From Bdellovibrio sp. (GTDB lineage: Bacteria > Bdellovibrionota > Bdellovibrionia > Bdellovibrionales > Bdellovibrionaceae): DNA of 64,000 nt. The notes under the pieces were generated by a model. It was not told the origin of the DNA, ran no database searches, and worked only from the letters and a program-made list of their open reading frames with translations. The stretch is from contig JAKFCY010000003.1 of the NCBI GenBank assembly GCA_036676395.1, forward strand, positions 160,001 through 224,000, written 5' to 3'. How positions within the stretch are numbered: position 1 is the stretch's first letter; every line of letters begins with the position of its first letter. A program made the position numbers and the translations under genes. Positions 57,847 through 64,000 of this stretch are shown piece by piece.

Positions 57847-60687
57847 ATGAAGAGCATCCACATTTGGGGTATCAAACAAAATAATTTAAAAAATATTGAA
57901 GTTGAAATCCCATTAGGTCAAATGACTGTGATTTGCGGTCCTTCAGGTTCTGGAAAAAGTTCTTTAGCTTTTGAAACTTTATTCGCTGAAGGTCAGCGTC
58001 GTTTTATCGAAAGCATGTCAAACTATGCTCGTCAGTTTTTAAATAAAGCACCAAAGCCTGATATCGAAGGCATTAATAATATTCCTCCGGCAATTTCAAT
58101 CGAGCAAAAAAATACTGTTAAATCTTCGCGTTCGACTGTTGGTACAACAACAGAGCTAATTGATTATTTGCGTTTATTTTTTGAAAAAATCGGAACACCT
58201 TACTGCCCGACTCATCACATACCAGCGACTAAAATCTCAACGACCGAAGCTTCAGATTTAGTTTTAGAAAAATTTCAAGATAAACGTGGCTATATCTTAG
58301 TTGAAATTTCTGCTGGCCAACGTGTGCTTGAAGGCAAAAAACTGCATTCATTACTTTTACAAGATGGTTATTTACGTATCACGACGTTAAAAGAAAAAAA
58401 GGGTAAGAAAAAAACTGACCCCGTTGTTTTTGAAATGGGCGAAGTGATCGATATTGGCGAAAAAGCTAATATTAAAAAAGGAATTCCGGCAGAAACGTTT
58501 TATTTAGTGATTGATCGCATGGCTTTTAGCGCTGATGAAAAAGGCCGCCTAACCGATTCACTAACACAAGCTTATGATGTCAGCCTTAAATATTTAACAG
58601 GTTCATTAATTCGCAGAGCACTAGTTGTTACAACTGAAGGCGAATACTTAAAACTTTCAGAAGAGCCATCATGTGCAATCTGTGGTTATACACCACCACC
58701 GATGTCGTCAAAATTATTTTCGTTTAATTCGCCGATGGGCGCCTGCCCAACGTGTAAAGGTTTTGGCAATGTTCTTGAGCTTGATGAAGCCAAGGTTATC
58801 CCCAATCCTGAATTATCAATTTCCGAAGGCGCACTAAACCCATTTACCATGCCTTCAGCAGAACAAGATAAAAAATCTCTTTTTGCGTTCTGTAAAAAAA
58901 ATAAAATCGACCTGAAAACACCCTGGAAAGATTTGCCAAAGGCTGAGCGCGATTTAATTTGGGCTGGTAATAAAGATTTTTTTGGCGTTGTTGGTTTATT
59001 TGAATATCTGGATCAAATTAAATACAAAATGCATGTGCGCGTATTTATTTCGCGCTACCGTTCTGGCCGTCAGTGCCCGGATTGCCATGGTTCGCGCTTA
59101 CGTAAAGAAGTGCACCATATTTTAGTGCAAGAAAAATCGATCACAGAATTAAGCGCTTTAACGATCGAAGAATTAGATAAGTATTTTGAAACTATTAAAT
59201 TAACTAAGTATCAGCAAGAAGTTGCCGGCGAAGTGTTAAAACAAATTCGCTCACGCTTAAATTATTTAATGCGCGTGGGAGTAAATTATTTAACGATCGA
59301 CCGTGAAACCAGAACTTTATCAGGTGGTGAATACCAACGTTTAATTCTGGCCAATCAGTTAGGATCAGGCTTATCACAAACACTTTATGTTTTAGATGAA
59401 CCCACCGTAGGTTTACATCCGCGCGATAATGACCGTTTAATTTCTATTTTAAAAGATTTACGCGATTTAGGTAATACCTTAGTTATCGTTGAACATGATC
59501 ACGACGTAATTAAGAATGCCGAAAACATTATCGAAATGGGTCCAGGCTCTGGTTATCTTGGCGGACAAGTGGTTTATTCAGGTAATACCGAGAACTTTTA
59601 CCAAGCACCGCAATCAAATACTGCCAGCTACTTAAAACCCAGCAAAGAAAAAGTTTTACGCACAGTTCGGCCGGTAGAGCTTACGAATTATAAATATAAA
59701 TTAGATTTACAAGGTTGCAGCGGTCACAATTTAAAAAATGTAGATGTCAGTATCCCGTTAAATCGACTTGTAGCTATTACCGGAGTGAGCGGTTCTGGCA
59801 AATCGACCTTAATTTCAAAAACACTTTACCCAGCCCTAGCCCGTAAACTTGAATTAGAATTTTTACCGGCGCAGCCTTATGAAAAAATCTCGGGCTTTGA
59901 AACCATTAAAAATGTTTTATTAGTCGATCAATCTCCGATCGGAAAATCTGCACGCAGTTCGCCGATCACATATTTAAAAGCTTTTGATTCAATTCGCAAT
60001 GTGCTTGCAGCTACACCCGAAGCGGTCTCGCGCGGTTATACACCCGGAACATTTAGTTTAAATGTCGACGGTGGACGCTGCCCTGCGTGCCGCGGAACTG
60101 GTTATGAAGAAATCGACATGCAGTTTATGGATAATGTGATTATCCCGTGCGATGTTTGTGACAGTAAAAAATACCGTCCTGAAATTTTAGAAATAACTTT
60201 TCAGGGTAAAAATGTTCACGAAATCCTGTCTTTGACCGTTCAAGAAGCTATGAACTTTTTTGTCGCTCATCCACATATTCGTAAACCACTATCAGTTTTA
60301 AAAGAAGTGGGTCTTGATTATTTAACCCTGGGTCAGCCAGCAAATTCATTAAGCGGTGGTGAATCACAGCGTTTAAAAATCGCTAAAGAGCTTTCGCAGG
60401 TTTCGCAAAAATCGACTTTATACATTTTAGATGAACCAACGACCGGCTTACACTTTAAAGAGATCGAACTTTTAATGAAGGTCTTGCATAAATTGATTGA
60501 AGCTGGTGGTTCAGTTATCGTGGTTGAGCATAACCTGGATGTGATTAAGAATTCAGATTACATCATTGATATGGGCCCTGATGCCGGCAAAATGGGTGGT
60601 CAAGTCGTTGTCGCTGGAACTCCAGAAGATGTTATGGCCAGCAAGAAAAGTTTAACTGGCCAATACCTTAAATCTTATTTACGCTAA
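57847..60687 (+). CDS. uvrA: Excinuclease ABC subunit A
   Basis: Two ABC modules (GSGKSS, LSGGE, DEPT) with CXXC zinc fingers; AEGQRRF. Confidence 0.93.
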   Translation: MKSIHIWGIKQNNLKNIEVEIPLGQMTVICGPSGSGKSSLAFETLFAEGQRRFIESMSNYARQFLNKAPKPDIEGINNIPPAISIEQKNTVKSSRSTVGTTTELIDYLRLFFEKIGTPYCPTHHIPATKISTTEASDLVLEKFQDKRGYILVEISAGQRVLEGKKLHSLLLQDGYLRITTLKEKKGKKKTDPVVFEMGEVIDIGEKANIKKGIPAETFYLVIDRMAFSADEKGRLTDSLTQAYDVSLKYLTGSLIRRALVVTTEGEYLKLSEEPSCAICGYTPPPMSSKLFSFNSPMGACPTCKGFGNVLELDEAKVIPNPELSISEGALNPFTMPSAEQDKKSLFAFCKKNKIDLKTPWKDLPKAERDLIWAGNKDFFGVVGLFEYLDQIKYKMHVRVFISRYRSGRQCPDCHGSRLRKEVHHILVQEKSITELSALTIEELDKYFETIKLTKYQQEVAGEVLKQIRSRLNYLMRVGVNYLTIDRETRTLSGGEYQRLILANQLGSGLSQTLYVLDEPTVGLHPRDNDRLISILKDLRDLGNTLVIVEHDHDVIKNAENIIEMGPGSGYLGGQVVYSGNTENFYQAPQSNTASYLKPSKEKVLRTVRPVELTNYKYKLDLQGCSGHNLKNVDVSIPLNRLVAITGVSGSGKSTLISKTLYPALARKLELEFLPAQPYEKISGFETIKNVLLVDQSPIGKSARSSPITYLKAFDSIRNVLAATPEAVSRGYTPGTFSLNVDGGRCPACRGTGYEEIDMQFMDNVIIPCDVCDSKKYRPEILEITFQGKNVHEILSLTVQEAMNFFVAHPHIRKPLSVLKEVGLDYLTLGQPANSLSGGESQRLKIAKELSQVSQKSTLYILDEPTTGLHFKEIELLMKVLHKLIEAGGSVIVVEHNLDVIKNSDYIIDMGPDAGKMGGQVVVAGTPEDVMASKKSLTGQYLKSYLR

Positions 60688-60695
60688 GGGCATAA

Positions 60696-62411
60696 ATGCA
60701 GTCAGATATTCGTTATGTTTGGTCAAAGCTATTAAAGTATAAATCTACCCTGATCGTCGTTGGTCTTACGGGAATGATTTATGCTGCCTCAAAAGCCTTT
60801 ATTGCTCACTATGTGAAAAACTTAATGGATTCAGCAGCCATGCCGCAGAATCTTGAATCTTTAATTGGCATCGGTATTGGCTTAGCCTTTGTTATTTCTA
60901 TTTCTCGTTATTTTCATATTTATTTAATGAATGTGGTCAGCGAAAAAGTAACTCAGGATATTCGCCAGCAGTTACAACAAAAGTTTTTACGTTTAAATTT
61001 AAAATTTCATAATACGTACGCTTCAGGTTCTGGAGGCTTACTAAGCCGCACCTTTAATGATGTTAAAATTGTACAAGACGGTCTACGTTTATTTGCCGAT
61101 ATTTTTACAGCGCCCTTGATGTTCGTAGCTGTTGTATTCAATTTATTTTATTTTGATACAACTTTAGCTTTTTCAATTCTGGTTATCACTCCGGTGATTT
61201 TAATTGCTCTACGCCAGCTCTCTAAAACTATTAAAAAGTATTCGGTATTCGGCGTTGAACAGTTAGAACGTATCACATCAACCATTAAAGAATCATTAGA
61301 TGGCGTAAGAACGATTCAAGCGTTCAATTTAGAAAACTTTTTTAAAAATAGATTAATTGGCCAAGGCGATCGCTTTATTGAAATGCGCCGCAAAGTGCAT
61401 GGTCGCGTAGAATTAATTGGCCCAATTAATGAATTCGTAGCTACTTTAATTCTTGTCGCTATCGTGTATTACTTCTCATCACGCATCGCTTCAGGTAAAT
61501 CTTCGTTTGGTATCTTAATGGCGTACTTAACGACGATTATGCAAGCTAACGAACCGATTAAAAAGTTTCAAGAGGCGATCGTACGTCTGCAAGAAAGCCG
61601 CGTTTGTGCTGATCGTATTGAAAAAATGTTAAATGAAGACAGCGAAGTTCCTGAATCTGGCAAAAACTTACCTTTTCCAAAAACTTGGGACATCATTGAA
61701 TATAAAAACATTCAGTTTTCATATGATAAAACTCCATTAATTCAAAATTTTAATCTACAGATTAGAAAAGGCCAAACAGTAGCCTTCGTTGGTGAAAGCG
61801 GAAGTGGTAAAACAACACTCGCAAATTTGCTGGCGCGCTTTTACGATGCACAGAGCGGTGAAATTAGTGTAGGTGGCATCAACACTAAAGATATTCTTCT
61901 GCATGATCTAAGAAAAAATATTGGTTTAGTTTCTCAGGATGTCTTTTTATTTTCTGACACTATTACAACGAATATTACTGCCGGTGTAAATTCTACTGCT
62001 AGCGATAAAGTTGTGGCAGCTGCTAAAGCTGCCCACGCTTTGGATTTTATTAATAAAAATCCAGATAAGTTTGATACTTTAGTTGGTGAGCGTGGCGGTA
62101 ATTTTTCGGGTGGCGAAAAACAGCGTTTAGCTATTGCGCGTGCTTTATATAAAGATGCACCAATTTTAATTCTCGACGAAGCGACAAGCGCACTTGATTC
62201 AGTCAGTGAAGAGCAAGTTCAGCGCGGCTTAGATGAATTAATGCAAGGTCGTACGACTTTAGTGATTGCTCACCGTCTATCTACTATACAAAGTGCTGAC
62301 TTAATTTTAGTCATGAAGCATGGCCAGTGTGTTGAAAAAGGTGTACACAAAGAGCTGTTAGAAAAAAATGGCGAGTACGCGCGCCTGTACTACACACAAA
62401 ATAAAGTGTAA
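60696..62411 (+). CDS. MsbA-like ABC transporter (TMD+NBD)
   Basis: TM domain plus GESGSGKT, FSGGEKQR, LDEATSALD, IAHRLST. Confidence 0.9.
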   Translation: MQSDIRYVWSKLLKYKSTLIVVGLTGMIYAASKAFIAHYVKNLMDSAAMPQNLESLIGIGIGLAFVISISRYFHIYLMNVVSEKVTQDIRQQLQQKFLRLNLKFHNTYASGSGGLLSRTFNDVKIVQDGLRLFADIFTAPLMFVAVVFNLFYFDTTLAFSILVITPVILIALRQLSKTIKKYSVFGVEQLERITSTIKESLDGVRTIQAFNLENFFKNRLIGQGDRFIEMRRKVHGRVELIGPINEFVATLILVAIVYYFSSRIASGKSSFGILMAYLTTIMQANEPIKKFQEAIVRLQESRVCADRIEKMLNEDSEVPESGKNLPFPKTWDIIEYKNIQFSYDKTPLIQNFNLQIRKGQTVAFVGESGSGKTTLANLLARFYDAQSGEISVGGINTKDILLHDLRKNIGLVSQDVFLFSDTITTNITAGVNSTASDKVVAAAKAAHALDFINKNPDKFDTLVGERGGNFSGGEKQRLAIARALYKDAPILILDEATSALDSVSEEQVQRGLDELMQGRTTLVIAHRLSTIQSADLILVMKHGQCVEKGVHKELLEKNGEYARLYYTQNKV

Positions 62412-62477
62412 CCAAATCAAAATGCTAGACGTAAGTCTAAGTTCGTCAAAAGTTTAAACAAAATTAAAATTGCGGTC

Positions 62478-62505
62478 TCAAGTCTGTCAACAAAGTTGAC
62501 GATAA
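62478..62505 (+). promoter_or_regulatory. Putative sigma28-type promoter
   Basis: TCAAG-N15-GACGATAA upstream of the sigma54 activator gene. Confidence 0.45.
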
Positions 62506-62540
62506 ATAATTATACAAAAAAGACAACAAAGAGGTGTCGT

Positions 62541-64000
62541 ATGATTAATTGGAACGAATTCGAACATATTCACGTAATTAAAAAGTTAAAACACGTTCTC
62601 CAAGCATGGTGGAATGTAGACACAGTTTTTACTGATGAGCGCGGACAAATCAAAGGCTTAGATGAAAAACTAACTTTTGCTAATCCGGCAGTGAATTATT
62701 TAATTCACAAAGAGCTAACTCAAAATAGCCTGGCTGATTTAGTATCAGCATCTATTAATGACTTACGCCAATCAAACAACCCTTTTGTTTTCAAAAAATG
62801 GGATGCAGCAGGCTTTGATGTTTGTGTATTTCCAATCGTCATCGAAAATGATTTCGTGGGAACAGTTGTTGCTATGGGTTTCTTCAAAGAAGAAAACACA
62901 GCTCACAGAATTTCTGAAATTCGTGAACGTTTAGCAACTTACGGTTGCACCAACGAATTAATCGAAAAATCGTTATCGAAATTTCAATACCTTGACGAAG
63001 CTAACCGCACTCACTTTACTGAGTTAGTTGAATTAGTCGCGCAAGAGATCGTTACATTACATGTAGAGATCGCCAGCCGCGAATCTAAGATCAGCCAGTT
63101 AAACTCTGAGTTAGGTAATCGTTTTAAATACGACAACATGATCGGTAAATCTAAACCGATGCAGTCGTTATATGCTTTACTTGATAAAATTAAATTTGCT
63201 GACTCAACAGTTATGATCCAAGGGGATAACGGTACTGGTAAAGAATTGATTGCAAAATCAATCCATTACAATTCTCACCGTAAAGGTAACAACTTTGTTA
63301 TTCAGAACTGCTCGGCGTTCAATGATAACTTATTAGAATCAGAATTATTCGGTCACGTTAAAGGATCGTTCACAGGGGCTTTAAAAGACAAAAAAGGTCT
63401 TTTTGAAATCGCTGATAAAGGAACTTTCTTCTTGGATGAGATCGGTGATACTTCACCACAAATGCAAGTAAAGCTTCTTCGTGTATTACAAGAAGGAACT
63501 TTTACACCGGTAGGTTCTACTGAAATGAGAAAAGTCGACGTACGTATCGTTGCTGCTACGAACAAAAACTTACGTGAAATGGTTGAACAAGGCACATTCC
63601 GTGAAGATTTATACTACCGTTTAAATGTAATCAATATTCGTGTTCCGCCATTACGTGAGCGTAAAGAAGATATTCCTGTATTAGTGGATTTTTTCTTAGC
63701 TAAAGTTGCAGAGCAATCTGGCAAACCTAAAAAGCAATTAATGGGTCGTGCTGTTGAAAAACTATATGACTATGCTTGGCCTGGTAACGTGCGTGAATTG
63801 CAAAATGAAATCGAAAGATTATGCGTTTTAGCAGGCGACGAAGTTAAAGTAGGTCACGAGATTTTATCTCCGAAAATCTTAGAAATTGGTGAAAAAGCCA
63901 AAGTTCAGGGTTCTCGTTTACAAGGTAAACTAAAAGATGCTTTAGAAGATTTAGAACGCGAAATGATCAAAGAAGGCTTACGCCGCACAGGCTGGAATAA
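62541..64000 (+). CDS. sigma54-dependent enhancer-binding protein with N-terminal sensory (PocR-like) domain; runs off window
   Basis: Manual translation from ATG 62541 (GAGG RBS): GDNGTGKE, ESELFGH, GSFTGA, FLDEIGD, FREDLYYRL, WPGNVREL. Confidence 0.92.
   Translation, partial: MINWNEFEHIHVIKKLKHVLQAWWNVDTVFTDERGQIKGLDEKLTFANPAVNYLIHKELTQNSLADLVSASINDLRQSNNPFVFKKWDAAGFDVCVFPIVIENDFVGTVVAMGFFKEENTAHRISEIRERLATYGCTNELIEKSLSKFQYLDEANRTHFTELVELVAQEIVTLHVEIASRESKISQLNSELGNRFKYDNMIGKSKPMQSLYALLDKIKFADSTVMIQGDNGTGKELIAKSIHYNSHRKGNNFVIQNCSAFNDNLLESELFGHVKGSFTGALKDKKGLFEIADKGTFFLDEIGDTSPQMQVKLLRVLQEGTFTPVGSTEMRKVDVRIVAATNKNLREMVEQGTFREDLYYRLNVINIRVPPLRERKEDIPVLVDFFLAKVAEQSGKPKKQLMGRAVEKLYDYAWPGNVRELQNEIERLCVLAGDEVKVGHEILSPKILEIGEKAKVQGSRLQGKLKDALEDLEREMIKEGLRRTGWN

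Noticed and set aside
1965..63595. Numerous 60-120 aa ORFs in the track that overlap long genes (e.g. 18172-18513, 43475-43774, 54681-55052, 63353-63595)
   Set aside because: Antisense or out-of-frame shadows of well-supported CDSs, without convincing RBS or motifs
1..64000. CRISPR array, tRNA, rRNA, transposase, integrase or prophage
   Set aside because: No regularly spaced repeats, cloverleafs or mobile-element genes found by eye

Overview
AT-rich, tightly packed bacterial chromosome segment. The gene content (many orphan secreted proteins and lipoproteins, several peptidoglycan enzymes, Tol system, a sigma54 activator) suggests a Bdellovibrionota-like predator; this is inference, not verified. 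Core genes: ispA-xseB-xseA, a 6S RNA, an Rrf2-sufBCDS-nfu Fe-S operon, tolQRAB, two cyclophilins, mtgA, a NodIJ-type ABC exporter, typA, dusB, an SNF2 helicase, mltG, an astC-like/argE-like/astA/astD cluster, bamD, hpt, PBP1A, uvrA, an MsbA-like ABC transporter and a truncated sigma54 activator. No integrase, transposase, CRISPR array, tRNA or rRNA was seen. Main hunt results: (1) an unannotated locus between nodI and typA (31283-31590) with type I toxin-antitoxin architecture: a 36-aa basic/hydrophobic peptide, an occludable SD, 5'-3' long-range mRNA pairing and a ~80-nt antisense RNA with its own terminator; (2) a recurrent palindrome GTCTCA-N3-TGAGAC upstream of orphan secreted-protein genes, three copies followed by sigma54-like promoters; (3) two tandem HEXXH metalloprotease lipoprotein + small partner modules; (4) a ~1-kb beta-barrel gene islet flanked by a 29-bp direct repeat; (5) a second unannotated 25-aa membrane peptide with its own promoter; (6) many apparently leaderless genes.
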